Source of the DNA: Nitrospirales bacterium
GTDB taxonomy: Bacteria; Nitrospirota; Nitrospiria; Nitrospirales; UBA8639
Direction of reading: 5' to 3'
Assembly (NCBI GenBank): GCA_965203295.1
Contig: CBDBCZ010000012.1
Location: 352,001-416,000 of the forward strand
Length of the DNA: 64,000 nt
In this document: in pieces, positions 1 to 12,421 of the stretch
How the letters are laid out: each line of letters begins with the position of its first letter
Position numbering within the stretch: position 1 is the stretch's first letter
Notes under the pieces: generated by a model
Database searches by the model: none
The model's input: the letters and a program-made list of their open reading frames with translations, nothing else
What the model was told of the DNA's origin: nothing
Program-made: the position numbers and the translations under genes

Positions 1-208
1 GTACTGGTGTTGTTGCCAGACTGTGGGTGGGGCTTTAGCAGATTCTAAAATTTCTCGTATTTTAAAGCAACCCGAAATTGCGTTTTTGTAGATTATTTAG
101 CAGGAGGTGTTGTTAGATGCAAAAATTTTGTCAATTCGAGGTAGACTTTCATGTTATCAACAAAGCTGTCCATTTGAATCATGGATTCCAGGTGAGGCTC
201 TTCCTACC
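1..208. mobile_element. Right end of a second copy of the TTAA-flanked non-autonomous DNA transposon seen at 4403-5365
   Basis: 1-208 is nearly identical to 5158-5365 and ends in the same ...GGTGAGGCTCTTCCTACC followed by TTAA (209-212). Confidence 0.85.
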
Positions 209-2315
209 TTAAGTAGTACTCATTTGGATCCTGGAGCCCACCCACGTACAACCAGGTTCCCCCTTTTTAGCCGTGTTGCCAGGCAGTCAAAAAATACATG
301 GCCTGAGAAACAGGCTATTTTCGCTCTCAGTGTCAAGCTAGGCATGCATTAATTAATATTAGGACTGGATTTGCATCTCATCGTGATGAACACAACATGA
401 TCTAACCAGTCATAACATGGTAACACTGCAGCATTACAGAAGTCTTAGATTGCTTCATAGGGTGGAATGTACTATTAGCACACACACACTATGTAGCCCC
501 GTTCCCAGTCTCCGCAAAAAAGCTGGGGGGTAGAGACTGGGAACGAGGCTACACACACATATAGAATGTACAGCAGTGCGTAGTATAGCGTCAATCCCAG
601 ACCTCCCCAGGGTTTGGCGCTTGCAATAGAAAAACATGAATTCTTTCATTTGGGGAGTGAGCCCCCAATGTTGCAGTGCAAACATGACTTCCTACATTCA
701 TTTGGGACACAAACAAGAAACAGGGATGAAGTTTAATTGCTAGAATAATCTAGACCACCATTGGCCCAGTATGGCTCTCAGCTCTTTATATGAGCAGTTA
801 GCTTATGGTACTAGCCTTGTTGCAAGCATTCCCCCCCCTCCCCCCTGGCCAGACGCTCTGAGCGGATCGATGCAGTAATCATTTTATGGACAATAAAGTG
901 TCAGCTCTTCTAATCTACTCTCTACAGTTCTCATTTTAGAAGCAATGGAGATGACACAAACAAGCCCTGGCAATTTATATCGTGTGCATGTTTGTCCCAT
1001 GCATTGTCCCATACTAATTAGCAGACTGTAGGCATCAGTGTAGTGTGCTGGACAAGTGTTGTCACTGCTGCTGAGTTACAAGTAGTAGCAACACAAAATT
1101 TTACACCATGTGTCAGTGTCACTGAGCATTTAGGAAGCATCCTAAAATGCTCAGTGACACTGAGAGAGATATATACTAGCCTCTATGATTGCATACGCTA
1201 CAGCAATTACATTCATTATGCTGTTTGCCGAATACCAGGACGCGTGTGGTCGGAGCCCTTGCAAGTGCACGTTGAAGTGCATGTTGCAAGATGCCTGTAC
1301 AAGTACATGTACGGCGAATAGGCCTAGGCAATGGCTGTGCGTAACCTTGTGATATTAATTTTGCATTCTTATCTTATTACGTAGTGTACTAGATACATTA
1401 TAGAGCATGCTCATACCTTGCTCCGTTTTCAGCGCATCGAAGACAAGGCTTCCTTTTAGCTGCCAGCATGCAATACGACTAGCCCCCCAGGGTGCAGTGT
1501 CAGAACAAAACCTGTAAATCATGGTGATATCTCGCGTGGAGGTCGACACCACGTGGTCTGGACTAGCTGGAGTTGTACTCGCAGCAGCAGCGTGGAGCAC
1601 GGATTAGTGGCATTCGCTAGCAATTTCCAAACCGTGGATCCGCACGTGGCACTTGATTTCTAGACCCCTCTCGGGGCCCCGCAGCTATGCATGGCTGTAG
1701 CGTACGGTGCCCCATCTCAAGTACCTCGGAACTCTAGGCTAGCTGCACCCCCCATGGCCCAGGTCTGCCATCACTGATCCGCATAAATACCTCTGCAGTA
1801 TACTATCAGACAACTTGCAAGTGCCACTAGATTGTTTACCAACCATTGGAACGGTAGAGGCATTTATAAAGGTCCCACACATTCCAAAGTTTCTTGGGTG
1901 TTGGCCTAAATTATAGGACCAGCTGAGCACGTATGAAGATGTGGGATAGGAGGGGACAAGAAGGTTCCATTTCTTGTAAGTAAGCTTATGTTGCACCCAT
2001 CGTTAAGGAATGCGTGAATTGGGTACCCACGGGCTTATGAGCGCCGGGGTTCATGTACCCAGGATGGTGAAATACTACCAAGGCCTGCACAAGAGCCAGA
2101 GTGGTACTCTCCACCCCTGGGTTAATTAGTTGTGTCCATCTTGTTTGTCAGCTCAAAATACTCTACAAGATTGGCTGGCTCATACAGCGCAAGCGAGTTC
2201 TCGAGTCTAAATTAATGACCTCGTAGATCTACCAAGGACAAGGACACAGGAATTTGGACGGTATGGCGGTGAGTGTAGTATTTCCGTAAAATTACGAACT
2301 CCTTATTAGTAGGGA

Positions 2316-3026
2316 CTGTCACGTTTAATTTGGACCCCCTTCAAATTCGTTCCCCCCCGAATGAATTTTTCTGAAATATATGGACCCCCCCTGAAAACTT
2401 TGTTCCCCCCCGGCTTGCACGTGCAAGTTTGGATCGATTGTTTGCCGACTGTTTCACGAAGGCAAGTCAGTGCCTGCAGTAGGGCCGTCGGAAGCGGGGC
2501 GGCCTGAGCCACCCCACTTTTCATACCAATTTTTTTCGTAGGCGCTTGTACTTTCGCGGGGCACGGCACCACGCCCCACCCACGCACAGCGTGCGAGTGA
2601 GGCGCGGCCCGCGACACTATGAGCCGGCTGTACGCTTGATCTCGGCCTGTATGGAGTTTGCATGACCTTCTATATAGCGAGATCCTGCGAGAGCAGCTTC
2701 TTTACCGCTGAAAAATAAATCGCAAAATTTTTTCCGCGCTTTGCAGAGAAGGGTGCTGAAGGCTTGCCACTCTGAGCCAACTTCAGGTCACTTTGGAGTG
2801 ACTAAGACATACAAGAAAACGGCAGAGAGAGTCCATATTTCCAGAGAAAAAGTTCTGGGGGGTCCATATTCATTAAAAAATCGTTCCGGCACATGACTTG
2901 GAGGGGTCCAAATTTTTCAGAGGGGGTCCAAATTTTGCAGTGAAATAAGTTCCCGGAGGTCCATATTTTTCGAAAAATTCGTTCCGGGGGGAACCAATTT
3001 TGGGGGGTCCATTTTTACCGTGACAG
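2316..3026. mobile_element. Non-autonomous TIR element with GGACCCCC/GGGGTCC subterminal repeats
   Basis: Starts CTGTCACG and ends CGTGACAG. Multiple inverted subterminal GGACCCCC / GGGGGTCC motifs; no coding capacity; TSD not evident. Confidence 0.6.
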
Positions 3027-3596
3027 ACCCGGACCGGGGTCCCCGAAATCTCTAGCGATATGGGGACCAAGGGGGCACAAAGCGCTGGCATATGGGGATC
3101 CTTTAGTGATTTTAGGCCCCCATTATTGTCTGCTCTGATCCCGGCTAATGCACTGTTATCTTCAATGAATAATATATTATAAAGACATGAAAAGCTCCAA
3201 GCAGGAAGGTATACATGTACTGTTGTGATGAATTCGTGCATGTTCAGCATGTTCTATATACGTAATAACTTAAATGAGCCTATATGCAAGTATATACAAC
3301 AGAACTAGCTACATGAAAGTAAAAGGCATCAGCTAGTCTATCTACAGTGCATTCAAAACCAAGCGTCAGGCAGTTGAGGTTTCTGTAGTCCCATACATCT
3401 ATTACAGCTCCAGGAGTTAGTGCAAGGTATTGTAGGGTTTGAAATTTGCATTCATACACATGTTCAGAATGTTCTAATAACGTTAATGAGAATACGTAGG
3501 ACACACCACAACTATATATATACATAAAAGTAAATGTCTAAATGTGCTCTACTAAGTAACTGAATGTTGCTTTTTGGACCTCACTAGGGTCTGTAG

Positions 3597-3678
3597 TAGT
3601 CTCGTGGGCCAGACTAACTTTTCGCCGCCTCCTTGGGAAAAGTAATGCGGCGAAAAGTTAGTCTGGCCCGCGAGACTA
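3597..3678. mobile_element. Palindromic MITE (TAG...CTA) with 9-bp TSD
   Basis: TAGTCTCGTGGGCCAGACTAACTTTTCGCCGC...GCGGCGAAAAGTTAGTCTGGCCCGCGAGACTA, flanked by GGTCTGTAG on both sides. Confidence 0.9.
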
Positions 3679-4402
3679 GGTCTGTAGCTACATCAGCTAA
3701 CGTTCCACTGTTCCATCACCAAGTATATATATATATATAAGCCTTATTAGACTCGAACATCAAGTTAATGGATAGTGTGCTAGATATGATCTTGAGATGG
3801 AGCCCACACAGTGCCAGGATTTATCTTCCCTGCATTGCTTAATATTTTGTCATTTTGTGCGATCTATAAACTGTACTGTGCATTACTTTGATCATTTCAT
3901 GAACCTATTTAGGTATTTCAGGGTACTGGATATACATGGATGTGTAAACATATTAATTCAGTTCAGAAACTTTAAGGTATGCTCATAAACCAGTTTCCAA
4001 AAATCAACACATTTAACATTCATTGTAAACTGAATCTTGAACCATATACGTATGCCTGTATTTTAGAGGTTTAGGGTTATTTGGGATTAGTGCCACACAC
4101 GGATTTATAAAATGCACACCACAATTTTATCAGTTAGTACCAATTCACAGACTAAGATGGTAGTTTCCAGTTCACAAGAAAATAAGGCTTCTTTTTTTTC
4201 TGTAGGTGTGGTGGATACTGTCCTATTAAGGATACATTATGGTACAACATTTGGAACTGCTACCAAACGATACCAGTACCACCAGATTGTGTGAGCATTT
4301 CTAAACAGTAGATAGGCAAATCTCACACCCAGATGTCCATATATAGAGGAGTGTTTGGTTGATTAAGGACTTCATTGTCACTAGTTACAGTGAAGTCCTC
4401 AA

Positions 4403-5365
4403 GGTAGGAAGAGCATCACCTTCGAATCTGCGTGATTCTCCTCGTGAAGAATTAATGAAATGACGTCACTCACGTGGCGCTAATTAAATTCATTGATATG
4501 TTTGCATTTTCCCATGGCGGCAACCGGAATCAACAGGAGGGGTGTGTCACTTTGATGTGGATAGTGGCTCTTTCATATGCGATATCGGCACTTTGATGTG
4601 GTTGAGCAGTACTCTGATGTTGGCTTTCAACACTTTTTTTTTTTTTTTAAAAAGAAGATATGACATCATAGAATTGTGAGTAGGCTTTTTATGTCAGAAT
4701 AGCTAGCTAGTGTGTTGTAGAAAGTTTGTTAGGCTGCCCGAGTGGCTAGAAGTCAGCCAGACAGACGGATAGTGGCAGGTTGTTGCCCATCTCAGGTAGG
4801 CTACAATAGTCGCCTTTCGGGTCTGTAGGCCCCGCCCATTTTTTCTTAATTAGTTCGAATAGCTACTAGTTGTGTGAAAATCTGTGGAGATTTATAAGGA
4901 GAGCTTTGGTGGGTGGTTCTCAGAAACCGAGGGGTGAATGAAAAATCGCATCCCTAATTTTTCTGGGAGTAGGTTGAAGTTTGTAATGCAGGGCTCGAAT
5001 TCGTCGGGTGAGAGTGGGCGGTTGCCGTTTTTTTTTTGAAAGTCAGGATAGCGAAAATGAGGGTTTTGGGGTGGTTGGATGCGTTCAGGGCTGTAAAACT
5101 GGCTTTGAAGCATTCCTGTGAAAAAGCATCCCTACGTTTGTAGCCTGTCCTCTGTAGGTACTGGTGTTGTTGCCAGACTGTGGGTGGGGCTCTAGCAGAT
5201 TCCAAAATTTCTCGTATTTTAAAGCAACTCGAAATTGTGTTTTTGTGGATTATTTAGCAGGAGGTGTGGTTAGATGCAAAATTTTTGTCAATTCGAGGTA
5301 GACTTTCATGTTATCAACAAAGCCGTCCATTTGAATCATGGATTCCAGGTGAGGCTCTTCCTACC
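4403..5365. mobile_element. Non-autonomous DNA transposon, TTAA-type (Kolobok-like)
   Basis: TIRs GGTAGGAAGAGCATCACC / GGTGAGGCTCTTCCTACC, flanked by TCAA and TTAA. Second copy at 1-208. GG termini plus TTAA fit Kolobok (inference). Confidence 0.7.
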
Positions 5366-5873
5366 TTAATCAACCAGAAGGCTATAACAAGCCTTCTGGT
5401 TTGAAATTGAATCACCAACAAAACTGCATTCCCTGCAACGTTGCTATGATGTGTACTTAAATCCTCAATACCGTTGATCAGTTCGCTGATATAGCATGAC
5501 AAATAGCAATAGCTACCAACTCCGTGACAGCAAAGTGACAATGGAGACCTTCCTTTGTGCATGAGTGCATGAACAGCTGCCACCTCAGTACTAATTAACT
5601 AGACTTCTGCTATAGTAATAAGTTCAGTCTTATGTCTACCTTCTACAGTAACTACATACCTGTAGATAGCATTCAGAACTCTCTATCTTGCATGCATAGT
5701 TTTGGTTAGTGAGCATGTGCATGTAGCTAGAGGCCAAGAGAGCCTGTGCAGTATTGGTGGTATTGTAACTGGCCATTTAACTTCATGTACGTAAATACGT
5801 ATATCACAATGATACTGGCAAGTAGCCACAGAATTTTTAAAGGAATACACTATAGTAAGGACTACAATGATTG

Positions 5874-6647
5874 GTACTGTCATAGAGCTACGTATGTATG
5901 CATATAGAATAATAGCATAGCATGAACCATGATGTGATACTGTTACATTAGCATACGTATGCGTGCATGCATCATTAAAATTAATAAGGCTAAAAGCATG
6001 ATATAAACGGGTGGCTGTGGAGTTTACTTATGGAAATCACCATTAGTAGCTAAGCATTCAGTTCAATGGCTTGGAAAGTGGCTGTAAACGTGTTGAATAA
6101 AAATTGTTCAGCTTTACTACTATTAATGGACTGTACATGTAAACGTATTCTGCACTGAGCTTGAAATCTTGATAATAAGCCTTGAAATGGAAACTGGCTG
6201 GTACAAAAATAATCCAATTGACCATAATTAAAGGCGTTAAGTACCAGTTTTATAGAGGAGTGATAAGGAATCTTCATGAACTGATCCTCACTACAATTTA
6301 ATATGAAACTGAAATTAAAAAGCACCTACATGTATGAAAACACCTGACTGGTTAATCACTTGCTGATCATTCATAGGCTACAGTTTGCTTTGAGTGTCTC
6401 CTCTCATGAGGAGCAGTTTCACTTTTACATGTACATGTAGGTCAAAATATCTCCACATAAACACTCACAGAGGCCCTCATACATGTACGTAGGTAGACCC
6501 AAGCTACACATACATGTACATAGCAATTGTAAGGATGAAACCTGCAAACTGCTGCATTGTTCTCTTGAGACACTCAAAGCAAACTGTAGCCTATGAATGA
6601 GAATCACCAGCAAGTAATTAACAAGTCAGGTGCTTTTAATTTCAGTT
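5874..6647. repeat. Left arm of a ~770-bp high-identity inverted repeat (partner 8728-9500)
   Basis: Reverse complement matches 8728-9500. The ORF track gives near-identical peptides on opposite strands (6050..6325- vs 9050..9313+; 6425..6613- vs 8762..8950+). Confidence 0.95.
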
Positions 6648-7861
6648 AAATTTCAAACATGATTCAGAAGTATCATTATCACTCCTCTATAAAACTGGCA
6701 TTGTTTGAATGTGGGCTGTACAATCAAGCACATGCATGCAGCAATATTAGCTAGGAGGTTTCCATGTAGGCTATCAGTTATGACAAGAACTTTAATTAGA
6801 ACTGTAGGAATACTTACCTCCACTTTATGTCTGTGAATACTCTGAGAGCTTTAGCTGGTTGGTGTGCTGGTGAGCATCCATTGGCTACTGCCAGCTTCAC
6901 TTGAGTTGGGGTAATGTAAAGATCACCATAGTGCTACACAGGTGAATCAAAAACTAATGTATACACTGTGCACACATATGTATATACACGTGATCATGGA
7001 AGTGGCCATGCATACATGGGCAAGAAAAATATCATCAGAAACTTGCAAGGAGTGGGTAGGGACATACGTATATACACTGTCTGTGGTATATACATGCATG
7101 TAAGCCAACCTCTTTAATAAGCGATTCCATTGACGCTTGTTTCTTAGTACATGTACATAAGTGAACATGCTAGTGTAATACAACTTCTGGCTAGTTAGCA
7201 GTCTAACAGACGCTTTCCAGAGAACCCATGGTCACATGGTGCATACCCGACTACTTCATGTACAGTTAGCCTGTCTCCTTCAATACTTGAGAATAGGTGT
7301 GTACATGCTAATAGATTATAGAAGTCCACTCCTTTATACATCACAGGATGCTGAAGAATATAGTGCATTGTATTATTAATCCCATTTTGTTTGAACACAT
7401 GATGTGCTTTCTTTTGGTATTACCATGCTGCATATGATATACATGTATCTATTGAGTACGACTCATGCCTAGCACGTCTCCAGGATATAGTCGTAGCGCC
7501 GCATTGCGGCGCCCATAACTTGCCATAAGCCCGATTCTAGCCTCATTCCCGGACTCCACTCCACAGTAGACCCGGGGTTCTGACGTGAAACTGGAATGAG
7601 ACTCGCGATTTACGAGCTAGACCCGCCCTCAAATTTCTGCACGTGCAATCGCCTGATTAACCGACTGTACATGGCGTTGTACGAATCACACTCACGTTGA
7701 GCATGCACCATTCGTGCAGGAATAAATAACTAAAAATAGTGTAGTAGATAGTATAGCGAAGTACCAAAAGTAGGTTGAGTGTTTCACCATAAATATAGTA
7801 TCTGTGGTTTCACCACGCGTTAGATTGCATCGCATCTTGCAGGTGATCCATGCGCACGAAG

Positions 7862-10153
7862 ATGGGGACTGCAGTTTTGGAGTTTTGTCTGTGTATCGCT
7901 GCGGTTATAACACTGCTTCAAGGGACTGGTGAGAAACGAATTTCTTTGCATGCAACCATATGCATTAAACTGACTTCTATTCGTGAGTGTGTGTGTGTGT
8001 ATGTACTGTGAAATTTCACCAATTTTGGTGTCGATTCAAACGGCAATAAAGGTAACTTGTGAAAGTTTTTTCAATTGATGACGGTCATTTCTGCCACAAG
8101 ACATTACTAACATACATGCGTTAGTTATGCCGAGGCCTAGTTTTGTTGGCCTGCGAGACTAATGCAGGATCACTGCACTCATAGTCACGCAAATAACCTT
8201 GCTACTGGTAATCAACAAAAGTTGACAATGGTGGAAATCTCAAATGAAGCAGTGCAACTGGGTGGAGGCGTGCGCAATAATATATTTGGGGAATTTTTTT
8301 TCTGCAATATTTTGTAACTGCAATTGGCAAACCTTTCCCTAGAGAACATTTGCCATCCTCATACCACACCTCCACTGTCCCTGAGATGTATCAATTACTC
8401 AGTAGTCCTTTTGTAATCGAGGACTATAGTTACTTTTAGTTCACGTGCCTCGATGAGCTCAGTATATATACCTACAAGTGACGATTTTTCATATACCTTC
8501 TTCCCTGTTAGCCATCAAGTAATGCCATCAAGACCAGCCATGCATCGTCTATATACATACATACCCACCATACCAATTCAGTTCACCAGCATTATCTGAT
8601 ATGGTGAGGCAGTAATTATGTCTCTAAAGTTCTGTATAATTATATGCAATGCAATGTCTTCTTTTTGACTTGCACACAAATGTGAGATTTCATGGCATGA
8701 CACTTGGCTCTTTTTCTGAGATGATTCAACTGAAATTAAAAGCACCTGACTTGTTAATTACTTGCTAGTGATGCTCATTCATAGGCTACAGTTTGCTTTG
8801 AGTGTCTCAAGAGAACAATGCAGCAGTTTGCAGGTTTCATCCTTACAATTGCTATGTACATGTATGTGTAGCTTGGGTCTACCTACGTACATGTATGAGG
8901 GCCTCTGTGAGTGTTTATGTGGAGATATTTTGACCTACATGTACATGTAAAAGTGAAACTGCTCCTTATGAGAGGAGACACTCAAAGCAAACTGTAGCCT
9001 ATGAATGATCAGCAAGTGATTAACCAGTCAGATGTTTTCATACATGTGAGTGTTTTTTAATTTCAGTTTCATATTAAATTGTAGTAAGGATCAGTTCATG
9101 AAGATTCCTTATCACTCCTCTATAAAACTGGTACTTAACGCCTTTAATTATGGTCAATTGGATTATTTTTGTACCAGCCAGTTTCAATTTCAAGGCTTAT
9201 TATCAAGATTTCAAGCTCAGTGCAGAATACGTTTACATGTACAGTCGATTAATAGCAGTAAAGCTGAACCATTTTTATTGAACATGTTTGCAGCCACTTG
9301 CCAAGCCATTTAACTGAATGCTTAGCTACTAATGATGATTTCCATAAGTAAACTCCACGGCAACCCGTTTATATCATGCTTTTAGCCTTATCAATTTAAT
9401 GATGCATGCACATATACGTATGCTAATGTAACAGTATTACATCATGGTTCATGCTATGCTATTATTCTATATGCCTACATACGTAGGTCTATGACAGTAC
9501 AGCCAAGGTTGTTTTATTGTCATGTACATGTACTTTGTAGTGACTAACAGTTTCTATACAGTTGCAATGTCTCAGTATAGTTGTGGTGGTGAGCATGTCA
9601 CTTTTGTATGTCATTTCCAGCACATGTATTGAATGCTTACATGATGTTTCAACACTCTGTATATTATTATAGGTGTGTAATGTTTTCTGGAAGGACTATT
9701 CACTGAGTGGTAGAGTAAGTGCACTGATTAATATGATTAGGCGGTGTATGGTGTATATTGCTGTAGGATTCAGATATATTTTTGCCCCAGTCAGGGCCCA
9801 GTGTCTACAGTTGTATGTGAATGTTATTCAATATACTAGCTATGTAGCATGTTTACACTCAGGGTTGTCCCCATGATGCATCATATTCAGTTTCCAGAGT
9901 ACAAATTTCCTATGTATACGTTTGTAATTCTTAAGCATGTGTTTACAAACTCTTTTCTCTAAAAATGCAGCAGAAGCTTTCCAGCATACGTGTAGGGGCG
10001 ATGTGTAATTCAGCTATCTACGTGTGTATTTGTACATATATTTCCTTAGATACATACAGCGGATGTGGAGTATTCAGTGCATTCAATGCAAGCCTTGCAA
10101 GTGGTGAATGCAGCTATCTACCTCCTGGCTATTGCGCTAAGGGACAACCAAAG
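7862..10153 (+). CDS. First two putative exons of an unknown secreted/membrane protein gene (possibly decayed downstream)
   Basis: Exon 7862-7928 (MGTAVLEFCLCIAAVITLLQGT, signal-peptide-like, donor GTGAG) follows a CpG-rich stretch. It splices in phase to 10050-10153 (DTYSGCGVFSAFNASLASGECSYLPPGYCAKGQPK, AG/GT bounded). Further exon-like blocks to ~14230 could not be joined cleanly. Confidence 0.4.
8728..9500. repeat. Right arm of the ~770-bp inverted repeat
   Basis: Reverse complement of 5874-6647 with scattered substitutions. Confidence 0.95.
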
Positions 10154-11094
10154 GTATATCAGTGTTTACAGCTATTGTACGTTACTTGTATACTACCTTG
10201 AACACAGGTCTTCCTTGCCCATATTATACCTCGCTATTTTGGAGTAGAATCTGGGAGTACATGTAGTTCTCTCCAAGCCTGCAAGTCATATTGTTAGCAC
10301 GTACATGTACGTACATGTCAGAGGCTGCATTTGCTGTACACATGTACATAAAGCTGTGCATGCCTAGTAATTGTTAAAAAGGTAGCCTTGAAATGTAGCT
10401 GCATGAGTTGCCTGTTACATGTACGTAATTTCTGCATGTGAATGATAATGTTATGTAGATTGTACGTATGTGTGTACATCGACTTTAAAAATACACTATA
10501 GTTACAGAGTGTACTGCTGGAAGTTATCTTCATCAAGCTAATGTAGGTTTGTGTTGCATATAATATGATAGATGCTAAGCAGTAGAAAGAAATCCAGTTC
10601 GCTTCAGTTGCTGGCACATCATAAATGTCAATTTGCTATGTAAGTGACCACATTTGTTGCTCATGTGTAAGTTCAGTCAGAAGATATGCATATGTTATAT
10701 GGTCATTTTCTCTCAGCACCTAATCTGTGCTAAGCGTATACTGTGGCCTTGGACAACTTGACAGTGTGTGAAAAGCACCCAGCTGGTAATACTATCACTG
10801 GCGTGTTACTGACAGCATATTTCCTTCATTATGTAGGTCTGGAAATGAAGAAGAGCTGCAGCCATTTGTCCAGCATGACTTCTATCAAGGCTGTTCTGCA
10901 TACGACAAACACACCTACAAGGTTCTGGCTATAAATTATAGCTCTGTGTAAGCATGGGCAACTAGTACGCAATGCAGTTCAAGCACATGCTTACATACCA
11001 GCTAAGAGTATGTACATGTGCATGTAAAATAGCTAATAGGTATACATGTAGCTAAACTGTCTGCAGTTCTTTGTTATGGTAATATGTACATAAT

Positions 11095-11555
11095 ACTAGG
11101 TGAATGCAAGCATTGTGGGGCGAGCGTGAGCGAGGTATTAGCCCATGCGTACGTTAGCGGCGACGCGCCCTCAGCAGCTCTTTTGGCTCCTTCTCTCGTC
11201 TCAGTGTCACTTGTCGGTGGCCCCCCGAGAAATGACAGCTCTTCTGGCTCTAGAACTCGCTCTCTGCTGTTCCAATGTGACTTATCGCCAACCTGGGGAT
11301 ATATACAGCAACGCTGTAGCCTCTGCCGCTGCAGTCTACTCTGTGAGAGCATCCCTAAGCTAGCTGCACTGCAGCCACCGTGGCCACGTGAACAATTTGG
11401 AATATTACAGAAACTATTTGAAACGTTATATTGAAACGCGAAACGATATGCGGTATGTGTGTACGTATGTGCGTACGTACGTACGTACACCGTACGCACA
11501 GACAAATTTTCAATTGAACACACTAGTGTGGGGCTCGCTCACGCTCGCCCAATTA
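11095..11555. mobile_element. Interspersed element with GGGCGAGCGTGAGCGAG / CTCGCTCACGCTCGCCC inverted motifs and a (CGTA)n tract
   Basis: Subterminal inverted motifs. The end CACTAGTGTGGGGCTCGCTCACGCTCGCCCAATTA recurs in degenerate form near 20350, 23636 and 52645. Confidence 0.55.
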
Positions 11556-12249
11556 TTGTTGTGTTTATTCACAGGCCCTGCTACTATTGTGCTGCTTCAG
11601 GAAAAGTGCAAGCCTAGCACAGAAGCAGTAATCTGTAAATTACTGTCTAGTTTTCAGGCCCCAGGATTAGCTTCATTCACTAGATGGACACACCACTGTT
11701 GCCCCCTACATCCTGACACTGCAGTGAGGGTGAGCTGAATGATGATGTAGTCTGCCAGATTCAATTGCAAGGAGTGGCAAGTAAATTACTCTGTGAAGAG
11801 TGCCACAGTTACACTATTATACACTCAGTGCACAAATTACGTACGTGAGAGGCTCAAGTACAGTTGTTAATGTTACATGCCATTTACAACATTGTGATTG
11901 TTGTCCTGCCAGTGGCCAAGTTACTCACTCGTGTGGAAGAATGGTTGCTATTTCGTAGCACATTTTTGTAAGTGGAGCAAATCATATGTACATAATCATG
12001 ATGCCATTAAGTTTCACTTTTACTTAAACCACTCACTACGTCTTGTTTGAGAGCGAGAATTTGTACCTGAGTATGCATGCAGTACTATTAGTTACACATA
12101 CATATAGTACAAAATGCTAACTCCTATATAGTTTCCATACTGCTGAGTGTACTTCAGAGGGTGGAGGCGTGCTCTAACTCCATGGCTTGCAATTGCGAAA
12201 ACACATTTGGGGCAAGTGCAGCATGACTCAGCTAAACAATAGATAATAT

Positions 12250-12421
12250 GAAGGGCCGAGAACCTCAGAGTGGGTCAACCCAACATTATACCTTCTGAGC
12301 ACGACCGAAAATGGTAAAATCTGAAAAATTAGGTAGCTTCTGAAACACATTAAGAATGTTTTCAAGTTTGAGAAGGTAATTTCAATTTTGTGGGTTAGAT
12401 CACTCTGGTTCTCAGCCCTTC
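12250..12421. mobile_element. MITE with 4-bp ATAT TSD (Sola-like)
   Basis: TIRs GAAGGGCCGAGAACC / GGTTCTCAGCCCTTC, flanked by ATAT on both sides. Superfamily is inferred from the TSD. Confidence 0.65.

Noticed and set aside
6817..6932. Possible minus-strand exon (HYGDLYITPTQVKLAVANG...) with GTAAGT donor
   Set aside because: The frame is open and splice-like ends are present, but no partner exons or homology could be supported.
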